This document shows positions 47,642 to 57,988 of a DNA stretch of 64,000 nucleotides, one piece after another (the first letter of the stretch is position 1; every line of letters starts with the position of its first letter). This DNA is from a virus (Duplodnaviria; Caudoviricetes), in IMG/VR virus record IMGVR_UViG_2921473944_000002, positions 53,340 to 117,339 of that record; one strand, given 5' to 3'. The notes under the pieces are model-generated. The model ran no database searches and was not told the DNA's origin. It saw nothing but the letters and a program-made list of their open reading frames with translations. Both the position numbers and the translations under genes were made by a program.

Positions 47642-48451
47642 ATGGGAGAGGTAAGTTATCGTCCGTTAATTGAGGCGATGACCTGGAGCTACAGTAGGCT
47701 CGAAATATTTGATGACTGCCCGTACAGGTGGTTTTTAACATACATACATACTCCAAAATTAAAAAAAGAAGATAAATTCTATGCGGCATATGGATTGTTC
47801 ATGCATGATTTGCTTGAGAAATATTATAAAGGTGAAAATTCCAAAGAAGAAATACTGATGATGTTTCTCACGCAATTTAAGGAACGTACTAAAGGTACTG
47901 GTAGACCGAAAGCTGCAACTGTACAGAAATATTTTAAAACAGGAACAGAATTTATTAAGTCACTTGAGCCATTTAGATTCAAAATGGTTTCTGTAGAAGA
48001 GAAGATTGATTTCACAATAGGAGATTTTGATTTTACAGGAAGAATAGATTATCTCGGTGAAGAGAATGGAGATTTTGTTATCGTTGATAATAAATCAAGG
48101 GATTTGAAGTCAAGAAGCGGACGTGAAAAACCAACGCTAAAGGATAAAGAACTTGATTCAATGCTGAAGCAGCTGTACATATATGCTGAGGCAGTACGTC
48201 AAAAATATGGTAAATTGCCAAAATTATTATGTTTTAACTGTTTTAGGACAGGAGTGTTTATCGAAGAACCATTTAACGAAGACGCATATCGCGAAGCCTT
48301 ATCATGGGCGCAGCACAAAGTCGAAGAAATATCAGGCGCAGATGAATTCTATCCTAATCGGGAATTTTTCTCGTGTTACTACCTTTGTGGTCTCAGCAAC
48401 CATTGCTGTTATGACCTAGCGGCACGAGCCGAAAGGAGGACTAGAGCATGA
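47642..48451 (+). CDS. PD-(D/E)XK (Cas4/AddB-like) nuclease
   Basis: SYS....CP, GRID, IVDNKS, QLYIY motifs; C-terminal Cys cluster. Confidence 0.85.
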   Translation: MGEVSYRPLIEAMTWSYSRLEIFDDCPYRWFLTYIHTPKLKKEDKFYAAYGLFMHDLLEKYYKGENSKEEILMMFLTQFKERTKGTGRPKAATVQKYFKTGTEFIKSLEPFRFKMVSVEEKIDFTIGDFDFTGRIDYLGEENGDFVIVDNKSRDLKSRSGREKPTLKDKELDSMLKQLYIYAEAVRQKYGKLPKLLCFNCFRTGVFIEEPFNEDAYREALSWAQHKVEEISGADEFYPNREFFSCYYLCGLSNHCCYDLAARAERRTRA

Positions 48452-49779
48452 CTAGCGTAGATGACATCAATAGTCTTGAAAGTGAAGCCGGTATTATTGC
48501 ATCTCTAATACATAAGCCGGATTTCATCTTCTATTCCGAATATTTATTACCCAATCATTTTACAAATAAAGAAAATAGATGTGTATATACAGCTATTGGG
48601 GATCTCGTTGAGAGAGGGATTAGCACAATAGACCCATATAACATCATAGAAAGCTTTAATGCATCAGAAGCAACGAGAAAATATGCCGATGAATTATCCA
48701 TTGAAAAGCTGAATGAGCTTATGGAGATGAGCGATGTGTTGGCGCGACATACGGTCGAAGAGTACAAGATGCTCGTAGATAATGTTCTGGACGCGGCTTT
48801 CAGAAGAGATACGTTTCAGAGATTAAAGGAATGTCAGGCTCTCTGCTATAACAGAGCAGAAACTAATGTTGAAGAGAAGATATATTCCATTATTGATGAT
48901 GTGATGACGGAGTTTTCAACAACAAATGATGTTCCAATGTTTAAGGACGTTGTAGATGACTGCTGGGATGAAATCCAATCCAGACAAGGAGACGGATATG
49001 CTGGCATCCAGTTTAAGTTTCCTGCATTGAATGAATACGCCACGATTGAACCGGGTGAGTTGTTTATCTTTGCGGCAGAGGCGAAACAAGGAAAGTCCAT
49101 GATGCTTCTTAATTGTGCAGTCGATCTGATGAAGAAAGACTTAGCAGTATTGTATTTGGACAGCGAGCTTAATACAAGAATGTTTACAGCACGAATTCTG
49201 GCGCATATTGCAAAAGTAGAATACAAGAGACTTACATCTGGAAGCTACAATGCAGAAGAGGCGCAAAGAATTGATGAGGCAAGAAAATGGCTGAAGACCA
49301 GAAAATTTACTCATCTGTATATCCCGATGTTTGACCAGCAAACAATTTTCACAGCAGTAAAGAGAGTTCAGCATACAATGGGGCTTGATGTACTGATTGT
49401 TGACTACTTCAAAGGGTCTGGCGATGGAGATGCATTTGATTCATATCAGGAACTTGGAAGATTTGTAGATATGGTCAAGAACAAAATTTGTGGTGATATG
49501 GGGATTTGCGGAATAGGAGCTGCACAAGCAACAACAACAGGTAAAGTTGCAGATTCGGCTAAGATTGGACGAAACGCAAGTACGATTGCAATTATTCAGG
49601 ACAAAACAGCCGAAGAGGTAGAAGCCGATGGGGCTGAGTGCGGAAATAAGAAATTAAGGGTTATCCTTAATCGAAACGGTATGCAGCACGCATCCGGAGA
49701 ATACATAGATTTGCAGTTTAATGGGAACTTGATTTCATACGAACAAGCAAAACAGCATATACCGAGTACCCCTTATTAA
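48448..49779 (+). CDS. dnaB: replicative DNA helicase, DnaB-like
   Basis: AEAKQGKS Walker A, DSE, IVDY motifs. Confidence 0.88.
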   Translation: MTSVDDINSLESEAGIIASLIHKPDFIFYSEYLLPNHFTNKENRCVYTAIGDLVERGISTIDPYNIIESFNASEATRKYADELSIEKLNELMEMSDVLARHTVEEYKMLVDNVLDAAFRRDTFQRLKECQALCYNRAETNVEEKIYSIIDDVMTEFSTTNDVPMFKDVVDDCWDEIQSRQGDGYAGIQFKFPALNEYATIEPGELFIFAAEAKQGKSMMLLNCAVDLMKKDLAVLYLDSELNTRMFTARILAHIAKVEYKRLTSGSYNAEEAQRIDEARKWLKTRKFTHLYIPMFDQQTIFTAVKRVQHTMGLDVLIVDYFKGSGDGDAFDSYQELGRFVDMVKNKICGDMGICGIGAAQATTTGKVADSAKIGRNASTIAIIQDKTAEEVEADGAECGNKKLRVILNRNGMQHASGEYIDLQFNGNLISYEQAKQHIPSTPY

Positions 49780-49784
49780 GCTAT

Positions 49785-49805
49785 CAAGCTAATAAAATAA
49801 TTTAC
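49785..49805 (+). promoter_or_regulatory. 21-bp operator-like motif copy
   Basis: caagctaataaaataatttac upstream of primase. Confidence 0.65.
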
Positions 49806-50807
49806 GTGAAAGGAGACGACGGAGTGGACTTAGAAGAACTGATTGATTCGATAGATATCGTGGAATACATATCACAATTTGTAGAACTTGAGGAAAAGAA
49901 CGGAGAATACTGGGGGCTTAGCCCATTCTCCGATGAGAAAACACCGTCGTTTTCAATCCGCAGGGAGAACAATACTTTTTATTGTTTCTCCAGCGGTATT
50001 GGAGGAAACGTCTTTACATTCACTAAGTTCTACTATCAATGCGATGCAAACAAGGCGATAGACATTTTAAAGAAATATGCAGGGTGTGACGGAGCAGAAT
50101 TTGTTCCCAGAAGAAGAATGGCGGCTACGATTGCTTGTAGGAAATATATGAAGAAGCAAGTACGTCATAAGGAGTCGAAAACGAAGCGATTTCCGGATGA
50201 CTGCATGAGCAAGTATGAAAAAAGAGATGACAAGTTGGCGGTATGGGAAGCTGAGGGAATCTCCAGAGAAGCACTTGATACATTTCAAGTATACTACGAC
50301 AGCTTCTCCAACCGACTTGTATATCCGATACGAGATATTGAAGGAAATATTGTGAATATCGGTGGTAGAATCCTTGATCCGGAATGGAAAGAAAAGGGAA
50401 TGAGAAAGTATACATACCTTTCTGGATGGGGAGAGATGAGCGTGATTTATGGACTTTTCGAGAATATGGAAGAAATTCTCAAGAAGAAAGAAATCATCAT
50501 CTTTGAAGGATGCAAATCGGTGCTCATAGCAAGGTCGTGGGGAATACGAAACACTGGAGCACTTCTCACATCCCATTTGAATCCTGCTCAAATGAAACTG
50601 CTTGCAAGGCTCGGTGTGAGAGTCGTGTTTGCATTAGACAAGGAAGTAAATATTAAAAAAGATCATAACATCAACAAGCTAAAACAATATGTGAATGTTG
50701 AATATGTATGGGACAAAGACAATTTGTTAGAAGAAAAAGATGCACCAGTAGATAAAGGGGGAGAGGTATTTGATAAGGTTTACAACCAGAGACGACGATT
50801 CAATTAG
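49806..50807 (+). CDS. dnaG: DNA primase
   Basis: PF.DEKTPSF zinc-binding-like domain, GGR, KY, FEG, ALD Toprim motifs. Confidence 0.88.
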   Translation: MKGDDGVDLEELIDSIDIVEYISQFVELEEKNGEYWGLSPFSDEKTPSFSIRRENNTFYCFSSGIGGNVFTFTKFYYQCDANKAIDILKKYAGCDGAEFVPRRRMAATIACRKYMKKQVRHKESKTKRFPDDCMSKYEKRDDKLAVWEAEGISREALDTFQVYYDSFSNRLVYPIRDIEGNIVNIGGRILDPEWKEKGMRKYTYLSGWGEMSVIYGLFENMEEILKKKEIIIFEGCKSVLIARSWGIRNTGALLTSHLNPAQMKLLARLGVRVVFALDKEVNIKKDHNINKLKQYVNVEYVWDKDNLLEEKDAPVDKGGEVFDKVYNQRRRFN

Positions 50808-51258
50808 ATATCAATATAATGCACGAAGCGATATTGCATCAAGAAGAGTCGTTGATGGAATAAAAGAAATAGAAGAGTTGGCATATAACGAAAGAGTAAG
50901 ACAGAGAAGAGTAGCTGAAGATATTGGAAAATCTTCATTTGATGCATGTGAAATCGCAGAGCTACTTAATAAATTTAATGTAGATATGAAACTTCCGGGA
51001 GGCTCTCCTAGACCATTGGTAAGCGTGCTATTAGATGTTGTTAGAATGTATACACAAACACATAATCCAATTATCAGTAGCAGATTACTGACGTTATCAG
51101 AAAGTATCAATCAGATAATTTCGAGATGCGTAGAGAGCGGAATGAACCAAAGCGAAATCACATCGGAAATTCTACTTGAGCCAGAAGTTGATGATGTTAG
51201 GTTGGATGAGTTCCTTCATGAGTTTGTTGTAAGGGAGGGACGAATTGCAAATGCATAA
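50770..51258 (+). CDS. hypothetical protein
   Basis: ORF between primase and polymerase. Confidence 0.55.
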   Translation: MIRFTTRDDDSIRYQYNARSDIASRRVVDGIKEIEELAYNERVRQRRVAEDIGKSSFDACEIAELLNKFNVDMKLPGGSPRPLVSVLLDVVRMYTQTHNPIISSRLLTLSESINQIISRCVESGMNQSEITSEILLEPEVDDVRLDEFLHEFVVREGRIANA

Positions 51259-54200
51259 AGATTATTATGAAATGTTTCACTGTCATACAGAGCTAAGTCT
51301 CTTGGATAGTTGCACAAAATATCAAGAGTATGTGGATTTGGCTGTGAAAAATGGTCAAAAAGTGTTGTCCATATCAGAACATGGTAAGCCAATGAATTGG
51401 ACAGAAAAATGGGCGGCTTGCAAGAAAGCGGGTCTCAGATACATACATTCTGTAGAAATATACCTGACAGAGCAGTTGGAGCCAAAAGTCAGAGATAACT
51501 ATCATACAGTGCTCATGGCTCGAAATATGGCTGGACTATTAGAACTCAATGCTTTGATTACAAAATCATGTGACAAGCAGCATTCGTACTATACGAACAG
51601 AATTTCATTTGATGAATTCCTAAATATTTCAGACAATATCATTTCGACAAGTGCTTGTCTAGCCTCACCGTTGAATAAGTTATCTCCAGACCATCCGCGT
51701 TATATGGAGCTGGCACGGAAATACGACTTCTTAGAAGTTCAAGCACATAATCATCCAGATCAGATTGCTTTTAATGAGCGCCTCCTTGAATTATCGAGAG
51801 AGATTGGAACTCCGTTGATTGCGGGGACAGACACTCACAGTTCTACTCCGTATAAGGCAGAATGCAGGGCTGCGCTAATATCAGCAAAAGGTAAGTCTTA
51901 TGGAGACGAAGATGCATTTGATTTGACATACAAGACATATGATGAGCTTGTAGAGATGTTCAGAGTGCAGGGGGCGTTACCGGAAGATGAGTATATGCAG
52001 GCAATCAGAAATACTCATCAATTATATGACCTCACAGAAGATATTGAGCTAGATACAGCAATTAAATATCCGATCTTATATGGATCACGAGAGGCAGACT
52101 CAGAGAAGTTTACCGAAACAGTATATACAAAATTAGAAGAGAAACTCGAGTCTGGTGTAATACCAAGAAGCCAAGAGCGTGCATTTAGAGATGCGATTGA
52201 AGAGGAGCTTCGTGTATTCAGAAAACTGAAAATGGATGGATTTATGTTATCAATGTCAGAACTGATTTCATGGTGTAAAGAGCAAGGTATGGCAATCGGA
52301 ACTGCTAGAGGTTCTGTCGGTGGCTCGAGAGTTGCTTATGTAACAGATGTCATTGATCTGAATCCAGAAACATGGCACACAGTATTCTCACGATTCTGTA
52401 ATGAAGATAGAGAAGAAATCGGTGATATTGATATAGACTGCGTTGAGTCTGACAGACCAGCAATATTCCAATACATCATTAAGCGATTTGGCGCGGATAA
52501 GACAGCAAGAGTTGCATCTTTTGGAACTTTGCAGGAGAAAGGTGTCATCGATGAGGTTGGTAGATATCTTGCTAAGAAATGGAATAAGGAGAATGGCGTA
52601 GATAATCCGTTTTATGGAAGTCTGTATGACAACGGATCAACACCAAGGGAAAACCCGTGGACGCTTCCTAAGATTGCAAAAATCAAGGAAGAATATTCAG
52701 CTAATCCTGAAAAAACTAAGAGTAAGTATAAGGAGCTGTTTTATTACTTTGATGGATTGCTTGATACGAAGATATCGCAGTCAGTACATCCGGCAGGAAT
52801 GGTAATCAGCCCGATTACTTTGGATGATAACTTCGGTATTTTTGAAAAAGACGGAGAAACCTGCCTGATGCTTGATATGGAGAATATCCATGACTACACA
52901 GGTCTTGCTAAATATGACTTCCTTATTCTGAAAACAGTGCAGGTAATCAGAGACACATGTAGATACCTGAACAGACCATATCCGAAGACACATGAAATTG
53001 ATTGGAATGACCAAGATGTGTGGGCTGATATGATTAAGAATCCATCAGGGATATTCCAGTTTGAGGGTGCATTCGCATTTGAGAGCTTAAAGAAATTTAC
53101 TCCAAAGAGTATTTTTGATATGTCGATCGTTACAGCATGTATCAGACCGTCAGGAGCTTCTTATAGAGATGCATTGCTTGCCAGAAAGCCACATAGTAAC
53201 CCATCTGAGATCATTGATGAACTTCTAAAAGACAACCTCGGCTATCTGATTTATCAAGAGGATACAATCAAGTTCCTGCAACAGATTTGCGGATTGTCTG
53301 GTAGTGAATCTGACAATATCAGACGAGCTATTGGTAGAAAACAGAAAGACAGGCTTGATGCGGCGATGCCATCAATCTTAGAGGGGTACTGTGAAAAGTC
53401 TCCTCAGCCTAGAGAAACTGCTGAAACAGAGGCAAAAGAATTCCTGCAGATTATTGAAGATAGTGCATCATATCAGTTTGGATATAACCATTCAATAGCG
53501 TACTGCTTGCTTGGATATCTGTGTGCTTATTACAGGTATTATCATCCACTTGAATTTATCACATCATTTCTTAATAATGCAGCAAATGAAGATGATATCA
53601 GAAACGGTACGGCATATGCTCATAAAATTGGTATCAAAGTGACAATGCCTAAGTGGGGATTATCCAAGAGTGAGTACTTCTTTGATAGTGAGAAGCGTGT
53701 TATTGCCAAGGGGCTTAGTTCAATTAAATATATGAGTTCCGGTCTCGCAGAAGAGATGTTTGAAATAGCACATCATAAGAAATATAACCACTTTATTGAT
53801 GTCTTATGTGATTTGAGCAATAATTCATCACTCAAAACGAACCAATTGGACATTCTTATTAAAATTGATTTCTTCTCCGAATTTGGAAATCAGAGAGAAT
53901 TATTGAAAATCACAGAGCTTTTCTACGATATGTTCAAAAAAGGAAATGCTAAACAGATCAGAAAAGATAGAGTTGATGGAACACCTCTTGAGCCAATTAT
54001 CAAAAGATATGCTGTCGGAGTTACGAAGAGTGGTGGGGTCGCGAAAAGCTACACATTACTTGATGTAATGTCAATTATGCATGACGCAGAAGATGCCGTA
54101 AAGAATTTACATATGGAAGACCTTAGTATCGTTGTTAAGGTAAGAAACTTTGCAGATGTCATGGGATATGTAGGTTATATCTCTGGCAGAGAGGAAGATA

Positions 54201-54436
54201 GACGTAAGTTGTATGTTTCAGACGTATACGAGTTGGTGCGTCGTAAAGACAATAAGCAATTCGGATATTCAATTATAACTAAATCTATCGGTAGCGGAGT
54301 TGAAAGCAGATTTACAGTAGTGAATAGCGTGTACAACGAAGACCCGATTAAGAAAGGTGACATCATTTATTGCAAAGGTTGGGAAAGAAACGGTCAATAT
54401 TTCAGACTTACAAGATTTGAAAAAGTGCTTTATTAG
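51251..54436 (+). CDS. dnaE: DNA polymerase III alpha subunit
   Basis: PHP HCHTELSLLD, RGSVGGS, DIDID, HPAG, KYDFL, GIFQFE, YQFGYNHS motifs. Confidence 0.95.
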   Translation: MHKDYYEMFHCHTELSLLDSCTKYQEYVDLAVKNGQKVLSISEHGKPMNWTEKWAACKKAGLRYIHSVEIYLTEQLEPKVRDNYHTVLMARNMAGLLELNALITKSCDKQHSYYTNRISFDEFLNISDNIISTSACLASPLNKLSPDHPRYMELARKYDFLEVQAHNHPDQIAFNERLLELSREIGTPLIAGTDTHSSTPYKAECRAALISAKGKSYGDEDAFDLTYKTYDELVEMFRVQGALPEDEYMQAIRNTHQLYDLTEDIELDTAIKYPILYGSREADSEKFTETVYTKLEEKLESGVIPRSQERAFRDAIEEELRVFRKLKMDGFMLSMSELISWCKEQGMAIGTARGSVGGSRVAYVTDVIDLNPETWHTVFSRFCNEDREEIGDIDIDCVESDRPAIFQYIIKRFGADKTARVASFGTLQEKGVIDEVGRYLAKKWNKENGVDNPFYGSLYDNGSTPRENPWTLPKIAKIKEEYSANPEKTKSKYKELFYYFDGLLDTKISQSVHPAGMVISPITLDDNFGIFEKDGETCLMLDMENIHDYTGLAKYDFLILKTVQVIRDTCRYLNRPYPKTHEIDWNDQDVWADMIKNPSGIFQFEGAFAFESLKKFTPKSIFDMSIVTACIRPSGASYRDALLARKPHSNPSEIIDELLKDNLGYLIYQEDTIKFLQQICGLSGSESDNIRRAIGRKQKDRLDAAMPSILEGYCEKSPQPRETAETEAKEFLQIIEDSASYQFGYNHSIAYCLLGYLCAYYRYYHPLEFITSFLNNAANEDDIRNGTAYAHKIGIKVTMPKWGLSKSEYFFDSEKRVIAKGLSSIKYMSSGLAEEMFEIAHHKKYNHFIDVLCDLSNNSSLKTNQLDILIKIDFFSEFGNQRELLKITELFYDMFKKGNAKQIRKDRVDGTPLEPIIKRYAVGVTKSGGVAKSYTLLDVMSIMHDAEDAVKNLHMEDLSIVVKVRNFADVMGYVGYISGREEDRRKLYVSDVYELVRRKDNKQFGYSIITKSIGSGVESRFTVVNSVYNEDPIKKGDIIYCKGWERNGQYFRLTRFEKVLY

Positions 54437-54445
54437 GAGGACACT

Positions 54446-54868
54446 ATGGAAATATTAACAGATGCTACACTAAGCAAATTACTTGCAGAGTGTGGAAAAT
54501 ACGAAAACTATGTTGCAGCCATACTATTTGATAGTAAGTCAAGAGAGACGGAATTTCTAAATGAAATGAAATCAATCGGAAATGACTGGACTATAAATGT
54601 ACGACTCGGAAGAATCAAGTGTAAAAAGACAAATAGTCATATCTATACATTTACATTAACAAAGAATTTTGAAGACAAGATTCGCGGTATGGAATTTAAT
54701 AGTATGTTGCTCGATGGAATAGCAGGCGCAGATGATACAGTGGCATACATATATGGTCAGTCATTAGTTAAGTATATGAGTACGCAAAATGTGGACGAAA
54801 TGGTTAGTAATGACATACCAGATAAGGTTTTGATGAACTTCCTTGACGAGTTCACTATCACTGAATAG
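54446..54868 (+). CDS. hypothetical protein
   Basis: AGGAGG RBS. Confidence 0.6.
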   Translation: MEILTDATLSKLLAECGKYENYVAAILFDSKSRETEFLNEMKSIGNDWTINVRLGRIKCKKTNSHIYTFTLTKNFEDKIRGMEFNSMLLDGIAGADDTVAYIYGQSLVKYMSTQNVDEMVSNDIPDKVLMNFLDEFTITE

Positions 54869-54879
54869 GAGGCGGACAG

Positions 54880-54999
54880 ATGCTTTTATGGATGATATTC
54901 GTAGCCGGAGAACTGACAGGATTGCATTATTTTAGTGCAAACGGATGGTTCTTCTTTACCATAGCGTGCTGGTTATGGCATTGGCTCATGTCAGATTAA
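54880..54999 (+). CDS. 39-aa Trp-rich membrane peptide
   Basis: AGGAGG RBS; MLLWMIFV...WLWHWLMSD. Confidence 0.45.
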   Translation: MLLWMIFVAGELTGLHYFSANGWFFFTIACWLWHWLMSD

Positions 55000-55076
55000 A
55001 ACTTGTTTATAGCATGTGTTATAGAGAAGTTGTTCATAAAACTATTATTTTATATACAGATTAGAGGTGACTCAAA

Positions 55077-55271
55077 GTGAGAAAAATGTATTGCAACAAG
55101 TGCGGCAAAGAGATGGATATATGGGATAAGCAAGAGGAGTTCTCAATCCATACAAGATGCGGTTATGGGACAACGTTTGATGGCTCAGATATCGAACTTG
55201 ATTTGTGTTGTGACTGCATGGAAGAACTGGTAGATAACTGTAAGATATCTCCGGTAACAGATAATACATAA
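55077..55271 (+). CDS. small zinc-finger protein
   Basis: CNKC...DLCCDC. Confidence 0.65.
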   Translation: MRKMYCNKCGKEMDIWDKQEEFSIHTRCGYGTTFDGSDIELDLCCDCMEELVDNCKISPVTDNT

Positions 55272-55299
55272 TAAATCCAAAATAAGGAGGTGATTAGGA

Positions 55300-55929
55300 T
55301 TGTATAAGAAAATAATTTCTACATCAGTAGTTGTAGCAATAGCTATCATGTTAGTGGTTGCCGTATCGAGTCAAGATAATCAGGTTGTAAAAGCGGATAC
55401 TTCAAAAAGTTCGCTTAAACCGCTGGTTATAGAAACTGCGGAATGTGTCTCTGAGCAGAGCAATACTGAGCAGGAAGTAACAGATTACAGCCAAGAAGAA
55501 GTTGTAACAGAAACTGCGGATGAACCATACGTCACAATATATTACACAGAGCAAGACGTAATTGATATCGCTAAAGTTTTGTATAACGAGTGTAGAGGCG
55601 TTAGCAGCAAGACTGAACAGGCGTGTGTGGCATGGACTGTATTAAATAGAGCAGATAATCAAGGTATAAGCATAGCAGAAGTCATTAGAGCAGAAAATCA
55701 GTTTGCTTTCAGTGAAAATACAATCATCGACGATACACTACTTGATTTAGCGTCAGATGTTCTATGGAGATGGAATATGGAAAAGAATGGCGAAACAGAG
55801 GTCGGACGTGTTTTGCCGCAAGACTATACATATTTTGCAGGGCGCAACGGTCATAATTACTTCCGAAATGGATTTTCCGACAATTATAGTATATGGGATT
55901 ATTCGTTAGAAAGCCCATATGAAAATTAA
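55300..55929 (+). CDS. SleB/Hydrolase_2-like cell wall hydrolase
   Basis: Signal anchor; AKVLYNECRG, VAWTVLNR, QF, HNYF motifs. Confidence 0.78.
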   Translation: MYKKIISTSVVVAIAIMLVVAVSSQDNQVVKADTSKSSLKPLVIETAECVSEQSNTEQEVTDYSQEEVVTETADEPYVTIYYTEQDVIDIAKVLYNECRGVSSKTEQACVAWTVLNRADNQGISIAEVIRAENQFAFSENTIIDDTLLDLASDVLWRWNMEKNGETEVGRVLPQDYTYFAGRNGHNYFRNGFSDNYSIWDYSLESPYEN

Positions 55930-55940
55930 CTATTGGCTTA

Positions 55941-55961
55941 CATGCTAATAAAATAATTTAC
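55941..55961 (+). promoter_or_regulatory. 21-bp operator-like motif copy
   Basis: catgctaataaaataatttac upstream of thyX. Confidence 0.65.
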
Positions 55962-55974
55962 AAGGAGAAAAATA

Positions 55975-56511
55975 ATGAATGTAGAGATTTTGAAACATCC
56001 GACAGAGGAAGATTGGAAACTATGCCAGACATGTACGCTTGTCACAGTCAGTAAAAAAGCTGTCAAGCCGCCAACGGAGTCATGGAAAGTAAGACTATTA
56101 AAGGCAAATCACTCTCCAATTAGAACTTTGGAATTCTGTTTCAGACTGACAGATATTCCATACTGGGTATCAGTGCATCTGGTAAGACATGTACATGCAA
56201 CGCCATTTGTATCTACTCAGAGAGATGACAGACAGGACAAATATGAGAGAGGAGCAGCCAGACAAGATGCTCTTGTGACAATGTGTTGGTATATGAATGC
56301 AGAAGAGCTGATTACTATTGCTCATAAACGACTGTGTAATCAAGCATCTAAAGAAACAAGAGAAATCGTAAGAATGATATGCGAAGAGGTTATCAAGGTC
56401 AATCCAGAATTCAAGGAGCTACTTGTGCCTAATTGCCAGTACCGTGGCGGTATTTGTGAAGAATTCAACTGTTGTGGATTAAATCAGAAATATTTGCCTC
56501 AGATTAAATAG
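55975..56511 (+). CDS. thyX: FAD-dependent thymidylate synthase
   Basis: HSP, HLVRH, S.QR, N, RLC..A..E.R motifs. Confidence 0.8.
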   Translation: MNVEILKHPTEEDWKLCQTCTLVTVSKKAVKPPTESWKVRLLKANHSPIRTLEFCFRLTDIPYWVSVHLVRHVHATPFVSTQRDDRQDKYERGAARQDALVTMCWYMNAEELITIAHKRLCNQASKETREIVRMICEEVIKVNPEFKELLVPNCQYRGGICEEFNCCGLNQKYLPQIK

Positions 56512-56515
56512 TGGG

Positions 56516-56974
56516 GTGAAGAAGATGGAAAGCAGAATCCATAACAGACACAAGATGAAACAGCTTATAGACTTCAAGGGTTGTGCTGTTGATGGCGGTA
56601 TGTACCCAACAGATATTGATGGTGTGATTGAGTATAAAGACTCAAAGTACATAATTTTCGAGGTGAAATACGGAGACTCAGAGATACCAATTGGACAGCG
56701 ATTGGCGCTACAGAGAATGGTTGACGATTTCACTAAATCAGGTAAGCAAGCGATTGTGCTTATATGTTCTCATACAGTGAAAAATCCAAACAAGCCGGTT
56801 GTGATGGCGTGGTGTAATGTCAGAGAGATTTATTACGGTGATGAGAAACGCTGGCGTACTCCAGACAGAGAAATTAAGGTCAGAGAAGCGATTGATTGCT
56901 TTCAAAAATATTCAAATATTGTTTTACACAAGGAAGAGGAGGTGGAAGATCATGGAAGAACAGATGAAGCTTGA
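56516..56974 (+). CDS. PD-(D/E)XK-like hypothetical protein
   Basis: PTDIDG...FEVK...GQ. Confidence 0.55.
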   Translation: MKKMESRIHNRHKMKQLIDFKGCAVDGGMYPTDIDGVIEYKDSKYIIFEVKYGDSEIPIGQRLALQRMVDDFTKSGKQAIVLICSHTVKNPNKPVVMAWCNVREIYYGDEKRWRTPDREIKVREAIDCFQKYSNIVLHKEEEVEDHGRTDEA

Positions 56975-57323
56975 TGATAGTGGACAGCGAATTTCATATG
57001 GAGATGGCATGGCTATCAGAGAACCATCAACAGGGAAAGGAAGATATGACTTAGTATCTCCATTTGCCATGCGAAGATTGGCTCAGCATTACGAAAATGG
57101 TGCGAGAAAATATGCCGATAGAAACTGGGAAAAAGGAATGCCGTTCTCAAGATATATAGACTCGGCAAAGCGTCATTTAGACAAATACATAATGGGTATG
57201 ACAGACGAAGATCATTTAGCTGCTGCTGCATGGAATATTTTTGCAATCATGCATCATCAGGAGCTTGGACAAACTGAGTTGGACGATATGCCACATTATG
57301 ATTGTAAATACGAACACGAATAA
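56952..57323 (+). CDS. dATP/dGTP diphosphohydrolase-like protein (DUF5664)
   Basis: GKGRYDL, GARKY..RNWEKG, S..RH, EDHLAAA.WN motifs. Confidence 0.8.
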   Translation: MEEQMKLDDSGQRISYGDGMAIREPSTGKGRYDLVSPFAMRRLAQHYENGARKYADRNWEKGMPFSRYIDSAKRHLDKYIMGMTDEDHLAAAAWNIFAIMHHQELGQTELDDMPHYDCKYEHE

Positions 57324-57334
57324 GGAGAAGAGAT

Positions 57335-57976
57335 ATGCAGAGAAAAGAAAAAGGTTATTACGACATTGACATTGATATGGATGAAACACTTTTGAAAATG
57401 GGGCTGGTAGAAGATATTTTTTATCTGAGAGACCTTAAACAGAGAAAAATGTTTCTAACATCAAATATTGACCAGTTCTCCATCGGAGATATTACAAAAC
57501 ACATAATGCAGTATAACGCAGAAGATAAAGGAATGCCTGCAGAAGAACGACAGCCAATTCTTCTGTATGTAGCATCCAATGGGGGGGATGTCGATGCCGG
57601 ATTCGAGCTGATCGATGCTATTCTTGCAAGCAAAACTCCTGTTTACACAATAAATCTTGGATACCAGTACAGCATGGGATTCTTGATTGGGCTGGCAGGT
57701 CATAAGAGATATGCCACACAGAATGCGAAATTCCTTATGCATGACGGCTCAAATCTCATCTGGAATTCTGGCACAAAAGCTCAAGACCAGATGGAGTTCC
57801 AGAAACGTGTGGAGCAGAGAATTAAACAGTATGTCATTACGCACAGCAATGTGACAAGCGAAGAGTATGACAGTAAATTGCGTGTTGAGTGGTATCTGTT
57901 TGCTGATGAAGCAAAGGAGAAAGGATTCTGTGACCACATTTTAGGTGTGGACTGTGAATTAGATGAAATTGTGTAG
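57335..57976 (+). CDS. clpP: ClpP-family protease
   Basis: S.GGDV..G, YSMG, FLMHD, A.EA...G..D motifs. Confidence 0.85.
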   Translation: MQRKEKGYYDIDIDMDETLLKMGLVEDIFYLRDLKQRKMFLTSNIDQFSIGDITKHIMQYNAEDKGMPAEERQPILLYVASNGGDVDAGFELIDAILASKTPVYTINLGYQYSMGFLIGLAGHKRYATQNAKFLMHDGSNLIWNSGTKAQDQMEFQKRVEQRIKQYVITHSNVTSEEYDSKLRVEWYLFADEAKEKGFCDHILGVDCELDEIV

Positions 57977-57988
57977 GAGGCTTGACGT

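Noticed and set aside
47642-48451. Cas4 as part of a CRISPR system
   Set aside because: It lies in the ERF-SSB-helicase recombination module; no cas1 or array is present.
56952-57323. Modified-base (dZ or 7-deazaguanine) genome inferred from the DUF5664-like gene
   Set aside because: No purZ, queuosine-pathway or dpdA genes were recognised in this window.
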